Source: Pseudomonadota bacterium (lineage in GTDB: Bacteria; Desulfobacterota; Desulfobacteria; Desulfobacterales; RPRI01). Taken from it: a DNA stretch of 64,000 bases. Under the pieces are notes generated by a model that was given only the letters and a program-made list of their open reading frames with translations, had not been told where the DNA came from and made no database searches. This document shows positions 36,814-46,831 of this stretch, piece by piece; positions within the stretch are counted from its first letter, which is position 1, and each line of letters begins with the position of its first letter. The DNA lies in NCBI GenBank assembly GCA_043825875.1, contig JBDRRF010000109.1, positions 39,662-103,661 on the forward strand, in the 5' to 3' direction. The position numbers were made by a program, and so were the translations under genes.

Positions 36814-37266
36814 ATGAAAATAAAGCCATTAGTGTTAGTGATATCTATTGTGGGAATCGCAGCCCTGTTTCTTTCAGGATCTATATTTGCCGGTGCAACA
36901 ATTCCGGATATATTAACCCTTGAAACAAAGGGTTGTGAGATGAAAAAGGCACCTGTTCATTTTTCACATAAGAAACATACTGAAGAATATAAAGCCACTT
37001 GTGGTGATTGCCACCATGACGAAAAAGGCAAACCTTTAGCCGATCTTAAGGCAGCAGATAAGGTGCAAAGCTGTATAGAATGTCATAAGAAACCGGGAGA
37101 AAAACCAAAAGGCAAAGATGCGCCAAAGCTTTCAGAAAAAGAAAAACTTGAATATAATGCCGAAGCGTTTCATCAGAATTGCAAAGGTTGTCATAAAGAA
37201 TATAACAAGAAAAACAAGACAAAAGCAGCACCTACTACTTGTACCAAGTGCCATCCAAAGAAGTAG
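36814..37266 (+). CDS. Tetraheme cytochrome c3
   Basis: Signal peptide; 'FSHKKH'; four CxxCH motifs (CGDCHH, CIECH, CKGCH, CTKCH). Confidence 0.93.
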   Translation: MKIKPLVLVISIVGIAALFLSGSIFAGATIPDILTLETKGCEMKKAPVHFSHKKHTEEYKATCGDCHHDEKGKPLADLKAADKVQSCIECHKKPGEKPKGKDAPKLSEKEKLEYNAEAFHQNCKGCHKEYNKKNKTKAAPTTCTKCHPKK

Positions 37267-37334
37267 AAGAAAGTAAATCTGTTTTTATTACAATTTTACA
37301 AGAAGTTGTTTTGTAAATATTAAATAAGTTTTAC

Positions 37335-37371
37335 AGGGCCGGTTTCTTAATAAGAAAATCGGCCCTTTTTT
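37335..37371 (+). terminator. Rho-independent terminator
   Basis: AGGGCCGGTTT...AAATCGGCCCT followed by a T tract. Confidence 0.8.
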
Positions 37372-37398
37372 GTTTCAAATTACATCTCACTGTTTCAG

Positions 37399-37540
37399 GA
37401 GCCAGTTCCAAAACGCCCCATTTTGGCCGATCTCTGCGTTGGACTCAAATTTCAATCCTCGAAATACTCAATGTATTACTGTGGTTGAAATTTTCTCCCG
37501 CCTTGAGCTTGACCAAACTGAAACGTTTTGAAAGTGGCTC
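37399..37540 (+). mobile_element. 142-bp MITE-like repeat
   Basis: TIRs GAGCCAGTTCCAAAACG / CGTTTTGAAAGTGGCTC; inverted copy at 63860-64000. Confidence 0.8.
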
Positions 37541-37718
37541 TAAGGGCTAATTTTTTCTTTAAATTAAAATATTCATTATTTCAGGTAGTAACCTAATTTT
37601 TATTGCAAATTTAGTGATAATGAAAAATAGTTGACATTTTAAGGTGTGTAAGCTTAGGTATATCAAGAAAGATATTATGCTTATATTTTAAAGATGATAT
37701 GCCACAATAGAGGTTATA

Positions 37719-38606
37719 ATGGAAAAACCACTGTCGACCGAACAAATAAAGAAAGCAATGAAAGAAGATTCTTATATTTGCGATGACCAGCTTGCTTTTG
37801 TTATATATCTCTCTCTTGCCATGGAAAAACCTTTGCTACTTGAGGGTGAACCTGGTGTCGGCAAAACAGAAGTCGCTAAAGTTCTTTCCAATATTCTTGG
37901 TCGAAAACTGATCAGATTGCAGTGTTACGAAGGTCTTGATGCCACAAGCGCCATTAGTGAGTGGAATTATGCAAAACAGCTTTTGAAAATAAAGACCACT
38001 GATGTATGCGGGGTTTCATATCAGCTTGACGATATTTTTACAGAAGAATTTCTGATACCACGCCCATTGCTTATGGCGATCAGAAGCAAAGAAAAAGTGG
38101 TTCTTTTAATCGATGAAATCGACCGTGCCGATGAAGAATTTGAAGCATTTTTACTTGAGATCCTTTCTGATTTTCAAATCACAATACCCGAGATGGGAAC
38201 TATAAAATCTGTAAGTAAACCAGTGGTTATAATAACATCAAACCAGGTACGTGAACTTCATGATGCCTTAAAACGTAGATGCCTGTATCATTATATTGAC
38301 TATCCGACTCCTGACAGGGAAATTGAAATTATCAAAGCAAAAAATCCTGCTATAAACGATCATCTTGCCAGAAAAATATCCGCTATTATGGCTAAATTGA
38401 GGGATCAGGATTTCTATAAGCGCCCGGGTGTTGCTGAAACGCTGGACTGGTCTCAGGCACTTACCATTCTCGAAAAAGACGATATTGATGAAGAGATTAT
38501 GGATCTTACCTGCGGATGTTTATTTAAATTCAAAGAAGACGTCAGACGTTTTAAGGATATGAAAAGCGAGGTATTGATCGGGTCTGACGCCGGTCTTGAG
38601 GGATGA
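37719..38606 (+). CDS. coxD: MoxR AAA+ ATPase (CoxD-like)
   Basis: 'GEPGVGKT', 'RLQCYEGLD', 'LLIDEIDRAD', 'HDALKRRC'. Confidence 0.85.
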   Translation: MEKPLSTEQIKKAMKEDSYICDDQLAFVIYLSLAMEKPLLLEGEPGVGKTEVAKVLSNILGRKLIRLQCYEGLDATSAISEWNYAKQLLKIKTTDVCGVSYQLDDIFTEEFLIPRPLLMAIRSKEKVVLLIDEIDRADEEFEAFLLEILSDFQITIPEMGTIKSVSKPVVIITSNQVRELHDALKRRCLYHYIDYPTPDREIEIIKAKNPAINDHLARKISAIMAKLRDQDFYKRPGVAETLDWSQALTILEKDDIDEEIMDLTCGCLFKFKEDVRRFKDMKSEVLIGSDAGLEG

Positions 38607-38609
38607 AAA

Positions 38610-39851
38610 TTGGCTCAACCTCCTATAGCATCTGTAAAAAAGGTCAAAAGGGAGTTTAGCGAGAAGGACTATAAACAACGCTCCCAGAACCTGGTAAAAA
38701 GTATTCTTTCGTTTGCCAATCTTTTACGTAATAATCGGGTTCCGGTTCATATGACAAAACAACTGGATTCAATGGCTGCCCTTAAATATGTCAATATCGA
38801 AAGCCGCTTTGAATTTTATATGGCTCTCAAATCTACAATGATAGTAAGCCATAAATATTTCCCCATTTTTGATCAGCTTTTTGATAGTTTCTGGAAAACA
38901 GAAGATAATTTTCCCGATATGGGCTGCAATGATCCTGAAAATGATATTCACGGTGAATCTTTTGAAAATAAAAATACTGCAAAAAATGCCGATGATGAGA
39001 ACGGAGAAGAAGAAGTTGCAGGAAAAATAACAAAAGAAACAACGGAAGAAGATAATAACCTACCGTCTGAAGAAGAAGCGCTGCCCAGTTATTCTTTATC
39101 AACACCGTTTAAGGAGAAGGACTTTGAAGATGTTAAGCCTGAAGAGCTTTATCTTTACGACGAATTATTTAAATCTCTACGGATTAATATAAAGGAAAAA
39201 AAGGGGCGAAGATACAAATCCAGCAATAAAGGTAAAATCATAGATCTTCAGAAATCTATACGCCAGTCAAGACAAAAAGGCGGGGAAATAATTAATATTT
39301 TTAAAAAAGAAAAAAAGCCTAAACGTTCAAAACTGGTGCTTTTAGCTGATGTAAGCGGTTCGATGGATGTTTACAGTACTTTTTTAATTAAATTTATCTA
39401 TGAATTGCAAAAGCACCTTAGGAATACGGAAACCTTTGTTTTTGGCGCACAACTAAAAAGGATAACCGATCTTATCAATTACCGGTCTATAAAGGTTGCT
39501 CTTTCCATGCTTTCAAATAATGTTCTGTTCTGGTCAGGCGGGACTAATTTGGGTGGAAGTTTTGAGGAGTTCAATGATAGATATGGCGGAAAGCTTCGTA
39601 AGAAAAGCAGAATTCTGGTGATATTGAGCGACGGATGGGATAAGGGTGATATTGATCTCTTGAAAAAACAGATGTCGATTTTGAAAAAAGGTTTTAAAAA
39701 AATTATCTGGTTAAACCCCAACTTAAAATACGATAATTATGAACCGCTTTGCATGGGTATGTCTGCGGCTATGCCCTATGTTGATTATTTTCTTCCATGC
39801 CATAATTTAAAAACTCTGGAAGCTTTTATAGAACTAATCAAAAAAATATAA
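38610..39851 (+). CDS. coxE: VWA-domain protein (CoxE-like)
   Basis: MIDAS 'DVSGSM', 'WSGGT', 'SDGWD', 'WLNP'. Confidence 0.85.
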   Translation: MAQPPIASVKKVKREFSEKDYKQRSQNLVKSILSFANLLRNNRVPVHMTKQLDSMAALKYVNIESRFEFYMALKSTMIVSHKYFPIFDQLFDSFWKTEDNFPDMGCNDPENDIHGESFENKNTAKNADDENGEEEVAGKITKETTEEDNNLPSEEEALPSYSLSTPFKEKDFEDVKPEELYLYDELFKSLRINIKEKKGRRYKSSNKGKIIDLQKSIRQSRQKGGEIINIFKKEKKPKRSKLVLLADVSGSMDVYSTFLIKFIYELQKHLRNTETFVFGAQLKRITDLINYRSIKVALSMLSNNVLFWSGGTNLGGSFEEFNDRYGGKLRKKSRILVILSDGWDKGDIDLLKKQMSILKKGFKKIIWLNPNLKYDNYEPLCMGMSAAMPYVDYFLPCHNLKTLEAFIELIKKI

Positions 39852-39872
39852 TAATTATTTTTAGGAATATCA

Positions 39873-40319
39873 ATGGATGATGATTGCGGAAAAGGCTGTG
39901 TGATGCACAGGGAATTTAATGAAAACCCTGAAGAAAAAGTATTTGCCAATGCTGCTGAGCTTATAAAAGATCATGCTGAAAACCCGCGCAATTTCGGTGA
40001 TATGTGTGAAGGGCTTGCTGATGTTTATGTTTCGGCAACTGATCCGGAGTGTGGTGATATGGCTGAGCTGTGGATAATAGTTGAAGAAGGAAAAATTTTT
40101 GCTATGCGTTTTCAATCAAATGGTTGTAAAAGCACAGTTGCGGAATTGAGTATGATGACTACTCTTGCAACAGACAAGACAGTTGAAGAAGCAAAGCAAC
40201 TTACTGAAGATGATATTCTTGCGCCATTTGAAGGATTGCTTGGAAAAGAACAGGGCTGTCCTCTTTCCAGCATTAAAATTCTTCGGTCGGCGCTTGAGGA
40301 ATACGAAAAGAATTATTAA
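39873..40319 (+). CDS. IscU/NifU-N-like scaffold protein
   Basis: 'DHAENPRNFG', 'PECGD', 'NGC', 'QGC'; start could be 39903. Confidence 0.75.
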   Translation: MDDDCGKGCVMHREFNENPEEKVFANAAELIKDHAENPRNFGDMCEGLADVYVSATDPECGDMAELWIIVEEGKIFAMRFQSNGCKSTVAELSMMTTLATDKTVEEAKQLTEDDILAPFEGLLGKEQGCPLSSIKILRSALEEYEKNY

Positions 40320-40342
40320 TTTTAATACTTTTGGAGATTGTT

Positions 40343-41122
40343 ATGGATATTTTTGAAGAAATTGTAGCAGCCAAACAATCCAATATGCCGGTTGTTCTGG
40401 CTACAGTTATAGAATCCCTTGGTTCGGCGCCACGCGAAGAGGGAGCCCGAATGCTCATTAAATCCGATGGATCAATAGTTGGAACAATCGGTGGCGGAGC
40501 CATAGAAAAGAAAATTATTGATGAAGCTATGGCACTAATGGGTACAAGAGCTTCCAAGTTTGTTCGCTATGAATTGAAAGATATCGGTATGATCTGCGGC
40601 GGGGGAATGAGCGTTTTTGTTGAATCTATAGTACAGCAGCCTAAATTTTATGTTTTTGGTGCAGGGCACATAGGAAATGTTTTGAGCCAGATTGTGAAAA
40701 TGCTTGATTTTGAGGTAACAGTTATTGACAACAGACCTGATTTTGCAAACAAGGAAAGACTGCCCTGGACGGATAATGTTATTGCAGAAGATTATTTGCC
40801 GGCAATTGAAAAACTATCTTTTTCGGAAAACACTTATATGGTTATACTTACACACAGGCATGCTCATGATTATGAGGTTTTAGAAAAGCTTATAGAAAAG
40901 CCATACAAGTATATCGGAATGATAGGAAGCCGTACAAAGGTGGCTCAAGCTTTTCAGCAATTGCGCGAAAAAGGAGTAAGTGATGATATTATAAAAAGCA
41001 TACATTCACCTGTCGGCATTCGTATTGGCGCAAATACTCCGGCTGAAATTGCCATTTCCATTGCAGCCCAAATTGTTGCTGTTAGAAACAGTTCAGATAA
41101 CATATTAAGCAAAAAGCTGTAA
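40343..41122 (+). CDS. xdhC: XdhC/CoxF family Moco insertion chaperone
   Basis: 'GSAPREEGA', 'GTIGGG', 'ICGG', 'GAGHIG', 'SPVGI...TPAEIAISI'. Confidence 0.85.
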   Translation: MDIFEEIVAAKQSNMPVVLATVIESLGSAPREEGARMLIKSDGSIVGTIGGGAIEKKIIDEAMALMGTRASKFVRYELKDIGMICGGGMSVFVESIVQQPKFYVFGAGHIGNVLSQIVKMLDFEVTVIDNRPDFANKERLPWTDNVIAEDYLPAIEKLSFSENTYMVILTHRHAHDYEVLEKLIEKPYKYIGMIGSRTKVAQAFQQLREKGVSDDIIKSIHSPVGIRIGANTPAEIAISIAAQIVAVRNSSDNILSKKL

Positions 41123-41143
41123 CCTCTAAAAGTGCTGGAATCC

Positions 41144-41911
41144 ATGAATATAATTTTACAAATAAACGATCTTATTGCCAAAGCGGAAGTATTTTGTCTT
41201 GCAACTGTAATTACTTCTTCTGGTGGTCACATTGCTCCTGGTGTAAAGACTATTATCTATAAAGACGGGACAATGGAAGGGGGAACCGGGGAACAAGAAA
41301 CCGATGGACTAATCCTTGATATTGCCTTAAAAGCATATACACAGCAAGAAAAGAAGTTGTTAGAGATTAAAGACGGGCTGGTCGTCTTTTTTGATTTCAT
41401 ATCTACCCGTGCCAAACTTATTATCTGCGGCGCTGGTCATATAGCAATTCCTCTTGCACAGTTTGCGCAAGAAGTCGGTTTCGCAGTTACAGTGATTGAC
41501 GACCGTCCTGATTTTGCAAACCAGGCACGTTTCCCCGGATGCGAAGTAATTGCCGATGATTTTATAACTTCTCTGCGTAGTATTTTAATAAACAGTTCTT
41601 CCTTTGTTGTTATCATTACAAGAGGTCATGAACATGATGCAGAATGCCTTGCAGAAATTGTATTGCAACAAACAGCTTATATCGGCCTCATCGGAAGCCG
41701 CAGAAGAGTCGGTTTTGTTCTGGAAATGCTGGTGAAAAATGGAATACCAAAAGAGCGGCTGGCAGATGTCTGCACTCCGATAGGGATTCCAATAGGAGCC
41801 GAATCTCCGGAAGAAATTGCTCTTTCAATAACAGCTGAGCTGGTTTGTGTGCGCCGCAAGGGTGTAGGTCAGGCTAAGGATTTAAGCGATGCCGTAAGAG
41901 GTATAAAATGA
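41144..41911 (+). CDS. xdhC: XdhC family protein
   Basis: 'GAGHIA', 'TRGHEHD', 'GLIGSRRR', 'SPEEIALSI'. Confidence 0.82.
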   Translation: MNIILQINDLIAKAEVFCLATVITSSGGHIAPGVKTIIYKDGTMEGGTGEQETDGLILDIALKAYTQQEKKLLEIKDGLVVFFDFISTRAKLIICGAGHIAIPLAQFAQEVGFAVTVIDDRPDFANQARFPGCEVIADDFITSLRSILINSSSFVVIITRGHEHDAECLAEIVLQQTAYIGLIGSRRRVGFVLEMLVKNGIPKERLADVCTPIGIPIGAESPEEIALSITAELVCVRRKGVGQAKDLSDAVRGIK

Positions 41912-42228
41912 CCAATAAGGAAATATTTGAACAATTGGCACAATTTCAAAAACAAAATATACCGGTATGCCTTGCAACTATTGTTAAGGCAGCGGGATCA
42001 ACGCCGCGCGAGGTTGGTGCAAAAATGCTCATCTGCGTGGATGGCAAAACTTATGGGTCAATCGGTGGCGGATGTGGAGAGAATCAGGTACGAAGTGCAT
42101 CTCTTCGTTGTCTTCTTACCGAAAAGAAACCGGCGCTTATAGAAGCAGATCTCACCGATGATCTGGGCACAAAAGGCGGAGATGTATGCGGCGGCAAAAT
42201 GCTGATTTTTGTTGAACCTTTTTTATAA
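41908..42228 (+). CDS. Stand-alone XdhC/CoxI N-terminal domain protein
   Basis: 'GSTPREVGAKM', 'GSIGGGC', 'VCGG'. Confidence 0.8.
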   Translation: MTNKEIFEQLAQFQKQNIPVCLATIVKAAGSTPREVGAKMLICVDGKTYGSIGGGCGENQVRSASLRCLLTEKKPALIEADLTDDLGTKGGDVCGGKMLIFVEPFL

Positions 42229-42239
42229 TAATGTAGCTG

Positions 42240-43001
42240 ATGGATATCCTTGAAGCGTTTGATATAGGTTTAAATGTAAGAGAACTTATCTGCTTTGTGG
42301 GAGGTGGCGGAAAAACTACCACAATGTTTGCCATTGCCCAGGCACTCAAATCCTTTAATGAAAAGGTGCTTGTTACCACTTCTACACATATATTCTATCC
42401 CGATCCGATCAAAGAAAAATATGATAAAATAATAATAAATAATTCAGAGGAAATCGGTAGTTTTAATGGTATTGATAAAAGTACCGTCACCGTTTTTGGC
42501 TCTGACGTTGTAAACATTGTCAATGGGAGAAAACTTTCAGGACCAAATAAAGATTTTATAGGAAATCTTTATGAAAAATTAATTTTTGATTACATACTGG
42601 TAGAATGTGATGGTTCTAAAAGAAAACCCATTAAAGCCCCTGCCGATTACGAGCCAGTAGTGCCTGACAATGCCACCAAGACAATAGGTGTTATAGGCCT
42701 TGATGCAATAGGTAATCCAATAAATGAAGAACATGTGCATCGGCATGAGCTTTTATGTAATATAGTAAAACGATCTCCGGGAGAAATACTTGACGAAGAA
42801 GCGGTAGTCAATTTGATATTATCTCCTGCCGGACTTTTCAAAGGAGTGCCGGATGGAAGCGAAAGGTATGTTTTGTTAAATAAAGCAGATGATGTTCAAA
42901 GAAGAAAATATGCAAAAAGCATTTCAGCCAGGTTGAAAGAAAAGAAGTTTCTTCCTAAATGCATTATCGCGGCAATAGCTGATAACAGATTGTATTCATA
43001 A
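42240..43001 (+). CDS. yqeC: Selenium-dependent Mo-hydroxylase accessory protein YqeC
   Basis: 'VGGGGKTT', 'VTTSTHI', 'VECDGSKRKPIKAPADYEPVVP'. Confidence 0.85.
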   Translation: MDILEAFDIGLNVRELICFVGGGGKTTTMFAIAQALKSFNEKVLVTTSTHIFYPDPIKEKYDKIIINNSEEIGSFNGIDKSTVTVFGSDVVNIVNGRKLSGPNKDFIGNLYEKLIFDYILVECDGSKRKPIKAPADYEPVVPDNATKTIGVIGLDAIGNPINEEHVHRHELLCNIVKRSPGEILDEEAVVNLILSPAGLFKGVPDGSERYVLLNKADDVQRRKYAKSISARLKEKKFLPKCIIAAIADNRLYS

Positions 43002-43015
43002 GCTGGAGATTGGAA

Positions 43016-43588
43016 ATGGTTTCAGGCATTATTCTGGCATCAGGATTTTCAAAGCGGATGAAAAAGGAAAAACTGCTGTTGCCTTTATCAGGTATTCCTA
43101 TGGTAGAATATGTAATAAGAGCCGCGAAAGCATCCAATCTTGATGAAGTAATACTTATCTATAGAAATACGGGCATAAAAGATATCGGAATTAAATATCT
43201 GGATAAAATTGTATATAATGATCATGCTGACCAAGGGCAAAGCGCAGCCGTAAAACTTGGGGTCACTGCATCGCATAAAAAAACTGATGCATATATGTTT
43301 TTTGTCGGTGATCAGCCATTTTTGAGCAAAACAATAATTAATGTGCTGATAGATATCTTTAAAGATAACCCGGATAACATCATAGTTCCAGTTTATAACG
43401 GCAAAAAAGGAAGTCCGGTTATATTTCCGTCAAAATATAAACATGAACTTCTTTCTTTGTCGGGAGATACCGGTGGAAGAATTATAATTGAAGAGCACAA
43501 AAAAAAACTTAATCTGGTTGAAATCGAAAACACTGAAGCCGGAATTGATATTGATACCCAAAACGAATATGAAAAAATAATCAGATAA
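43016..43588 (+). CDS. mocA: Molybdenum cofactor cytidylyltransferase
   Basis: 'ILASGFSKRM..EKLLL', 'GDQPF', 'GDTGGR', 'DIDT'. Confidence 0.85.
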   Translation: MVSGIILASGFSKRMKKEKLLLPLSGIPMVEYVIRAAKASNLDEVILIYRNTGIKDIGIKYLDKIVYNDHADQGQSAAVKLGVTASHKKTDAYMFFVGDQPFLSKTIINVLIDIFKDNPDNIIVPVYNGKKGSPVIFPSKYKHELLSLSGDTGGRIIIEEHKKKLNLVEIENTEAGIDIDTQNEYEKIIR

Positions 43589-43632
43589 GATATTGCAGCA
43601 TATAATATATAAATAACAGAAGGAGGTAAAAT

Positions 43633-44442
43633 ATGGAACAGATTGTCGGTACATTACAGGAATGGGCAGTTCTGTATGGCCTGAAAGTAATTTTAGCGAT
43701 TGTTATTCTGGTCTTGGGTCGCATCATTGCCGGTTCAATAAGGTCTATGCTGAAAAAACTTCTGCGTAAAAATAAAGTGGAAGAAACTGTTGTTTCATTT
43801 GTTTCCAGTCTGGCTTATGTTTCATTGCTGACCTTTGTTGTTGTGGCAGCCCTTGGCAAGCTTGGCATCCAGACAACTTCTTTTATCGCCATTCTTGGTG
43901 CAGCCGGTTTAGCCATTGCGCTGTCTCTTCAAGGTTCATTGTCCAATTTTGCAGCTGGAATTCTTATGGTCATTTTTAAACCATTCAAAGTAGGAGATTA
44001 CATCGAAGCTGGCGGAGCTTCAGGCACAGTAGAAGTTATAGGGATTTTTACAACCGAACTCAAGTCTCCGGATAATAAAAAGATCATAGTGCCAAACTCA
44101 AAGGCGATAGGCGATAATATCATAAACCACACTGCAAAGGCACAGCGTCGTGTCGATATAGTAGTAGGTGTGAGCTATAGTGATGATTTGGATAAAGTTA
44201 GAAAGGTGCTGCAACAAATTATCGAAGAAGACAATAGATTTCTTAAAGACCCTGCACCGGCTATTGTTGTGTTGGCACTTGCCGACAGCAGTATTAATAT
44301 TGGAGTCAGAGCTTGGGTGAATACAGCAGATTACTGGAATGCTTTTTTCGCTACACAGGAGAAAATCAAGAAACGTTTTGATACCGAAGGAATTACTATT
44401 CCATTCCAGCAGCAAGATGTTCATATCCACAAAACTGAATAG
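43633..44442 (+). CDS. mscS: Small-conductance mechanosensitive channel
   Basis: 'GAAGLAIALSLQGSLSNFAAG', 'PFKVGD', 'IVPNS'. Confidence 0.93.
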   Translation: MEQIVGTLQEWAVLYGLKVILAIVILVLGRIIAGSIRSMLKKLLRKNKVEETVVSFVSSLAYVSLLTFVVVAALGKLGIQTTSFIAILGAAGLAIALSLQGSLSNFAAGILMVIFKPFKVGDYIEAGGASGTVEVIGIFTTELKSPDNKKIIVPNSKAIGDNIINHTAKAQRRVDIVVGVSYSDDLDKVRKVLQQIIEEDNRFLKDPAPAIVVLALADSSINIGVRAWVNTADYWNAFFATQEKIKKRFDTEGITIPFQQQDVHIHKTE

Positions 44443-44517
44443 TATTTCACAAGCCGTCAATAATTATGCTATATTTATTAAACAAGAAATATTATATTTT
44501 TAAGGCGTAGGCATACA

Positions 44518-46134
44518 ATGATAAACTCAGAATTTATAGTACTTCTAATAGAAGACAGCCCTGAAGATATTTACTCCATTCAAACAATGCTTTCAGGTTT
44601 GAAGAAAACCAGTATAGTCGTTAAAGTTGCCAAAACATTATCAGAAGGTTTAGACTATATGTTAAAAGGAGAAATAGATCTTATTTTATTAGATCTGTCA
44701 TTGCCTGACAGTAATGGCATAGAATGTCTTAAAAAAATACGTTCAGAATCTATTGATTTGCCTATTATAGTTTTGACCGAATTTGATGATGAGGAAACCG
44801 CTGTTTTGGCTATAAGCGAAGGAGCGCAGGATTATTTGTGTAAAAATACTATAGAAAGCCATTCACTTTGGCGCTCCATTCGCCATGCTACTGAACGGGA
44901 GAAAATGGTAAAAGAATTAAACAATGCCAACCGGAAGATTCTCAAACAGCAAAAATCGGTCATTGAAGAGGAAAGGCTTAAGGTTTTGCTGCAACTTTCG
45001 GGCGCAACGGCCCATGAGCTTAATCAACCGCTGATGGCGCTGTTGGGAAATATTGAATTAATGAGGTTTAGTAATAACAATCCGGATAAGGCTTTCCAGT
45101 ACCTTGATAAAATAGAAGAGGCAGGCAAGCGAATAGCTGACATTGTTCAAAAAATCCAGACTATTCGCCATGATAAAACAACACCTTATACGGGGGACTC
45201 TTCTATTATCAATATAGATCAAAAGATTAAAATTCTGTCGGTGGAAGACACTGACAATGATTTTAAAAACCTAAGTACCTTTTTAAAAGACAACATAAAT
45301 ATCGATTTAAAGCGTGTAAAAAGACTTGATCAAGCTATAAAACTATTAAAGATGGAAGCTATTGATCTGATTCTGTTAGATTATCTTCTCCCGGATGGTA
45401 ATGGTTTTGATATGTTGAACAATATGAAAAAAGAGGCTCTTGATGTGCCCGTAATAGTCATTACCGGCCAGGGTGATGAAATAGTAGCCTCAAAAACTAT
45501 TCAGGCCGGTGCCTTTGATTACCTGCCCAAGGATAAGATTAACGGCAAATCACTTTACAGAACTATTATAAATACTTTGGATAAAGCACGGCTTAAACGG
45601 CAGGTAAAAGAAGCCCATGAACGCATTGCGAATTTGTCCGTTCGCGATGAACTGACCGGTCTTTATAACCGGCGGTTTTTTATGGAATCTCTAGAGAAAG
45701 AAATTATGCGGGCAAATAGATATCAATCCGAATTGACATTGTGCATTTTAGATCTTGACCATTTTAAAAATATCAATGATGCCCATGGTCATCCTGCAGG
45801 AGATATTGTCCTTTCCGAAATCGGTAAAATGCTTAGCGGATCGATCCGGGAAACTGATATAGCGTGTCGTCATGGTGGCGAGGAATTTGCGGTTATTTTA
45901 CCTTATACAAACATTGAAGATGCCAAAACGATGATAGAAAGATTCAGAGAAACGGTGGCTGAACATCAATTTGAATATAAATCGACACAAATACAACTAA
46001 CTGCAAGTGCGGGCATAGCCCAAAGTATAAATGTCAAGGAGCAAACTCTTACCCGGTTAGTCGAAATGGCTGATAAGGCACTCTATCAGGCAAAAAAAGA
46101 GGGTCGGAATAGAACGGTTGCTTTAACGCAATAA
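44518..46134 (+). CDS. Diguanylate cyclase, REC-HisKA-REC-GGDEF
   Basis: Two REC domains (DLSLPD, DYLLPD), H-box 'AHELNQPL', 'RETDIACRHGGEEF'. Confidence 0.88.
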   Translation: MINSEFIVLLIEDSPEDIYSIQTMLSGLKKTSIVVKVAKTLSEGLDYMLKGEIDLILLDLSLPDSNGIECLKKIRSESIDLPIIVLTEFDDEETAVLAISEGAQDYLCKNTIESHSLWRSIRHATEREKMVKELNNANRKILKQQKSVIEEERLKVLLQLSGATAHELNQPLMALLGNIELMRFSNNNPDKAFQYLDKIEEAGKRIADIVQKIQTIRHDKTTPYTGDSSIINIDQKIKILSVEDTDNDFKNLSTFLKDNINIDLKRVKRLDQAIKLLKMEAIDLILLDYLLPDGNGFDMLNNMKKEALDVPVIVITGQGDEIVASKTIQAGAFDYLPKDKINGKSLYRTIINTLDKARLKRQVKEAHERIANLSVRDELTGLYNRRFFMESLEKEIMRANRYQSELTLCILDLDHFKNINDAHGHPAGDIVLSEIGKMLSGSIRETDIACRHGGEEFAVILPYTNIEDAKTMIERFRETVAEHQFEYKSTQIQLTASAGIAQSINVKEQTLTRLVEMADKALYQAKKEGRNRTVALTQ

Positions 46135-46180
46135 TATTATCAACAGGTAGTATTTTCTGGCAAGTTACTCATTCCTAATA

Positions 46181-46831
46181 TTAATATCTGTTTATGAATC
46201 TATAAACAAAGCGCAAGCCACCATACACCGGAATATTAATCGCTACAATATTTATAGCAAGAATACAAATCAGATACTGCCATGAAGGCAGGTTTGCCAG
46301 ACCGGCAAATACTGTTTTTTCAAGTCCGGGCCATAATGCATGGGCGCAATTCACATTAGCGGCAGGAGGGAGAAAGTAGTAACTGATTAATATAAGGATA
46401 CCAAAAAGCACCCCCGATCCTATCCATGAATTCTTTGAAATTCCACCTTTTTTGTAGGCCACAAAAAGCAAAACGGGAACCGCATAGAAATGATTGGCAA
46501 CCTGAAGCCATAACCAGATATCGGCATTTTGAAGATAGTAGGTTGTGCCGAAAGGAAATTTGCCAGCAATCAGCCAGACCAAGGTTTCAAAAACCCAAAA
46601 CAAATGATGAATAAATAGGCTGATAAGAGAGACTGAAATCAGCATCCGGCTATTTTTCAGAATGCCAATACCGCCTATGAGCGAAGCAACATGAGAAATC
46701 CAGAATAATTCTTCGGGTGATTTTTTTATAATACAATAAACGATACTGTAGATAAAATGACCAACAAGCGACCATCCCAATAAAGAATATAGCCACGGAC
46801 TGGTTTTATGTTTAAAATTACTTACAACCAT
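46181..46831 (-). CDS. Multi-pass membrane protein, last gene of the lipid/polyketide cluster
   Basis: About 6 TM segments; start overlaps the stop of the Tes-like gene. Confidence 0.7.
   Translation of the reverse strand: MVVSNFKHKTSPWLYSLLGWSLVGHFIYSIVYCIIKKSPEELFWISHVASLIGGIGILKNSRMLISVSLISLFIHHLFWVFETLVWLIAGKFPFGTTYYLQNADIWLWLQVANHFYAVPVLLFVAYKKGGISKNSWIGSGVLFGILILISYYFLPPAANVNCAHALWPGLEKTVFAGLANLPSWQYLICILAINIVAINIPVYGGLRFVYRFINRY

Noticed and set aside
37719..43588. Selenoprotein (UGA readthrough) near yqeC
   Set aside because: I saw no in-frame TGA with continuing homology; YqeC relates to a non-Sec selenium cofactor
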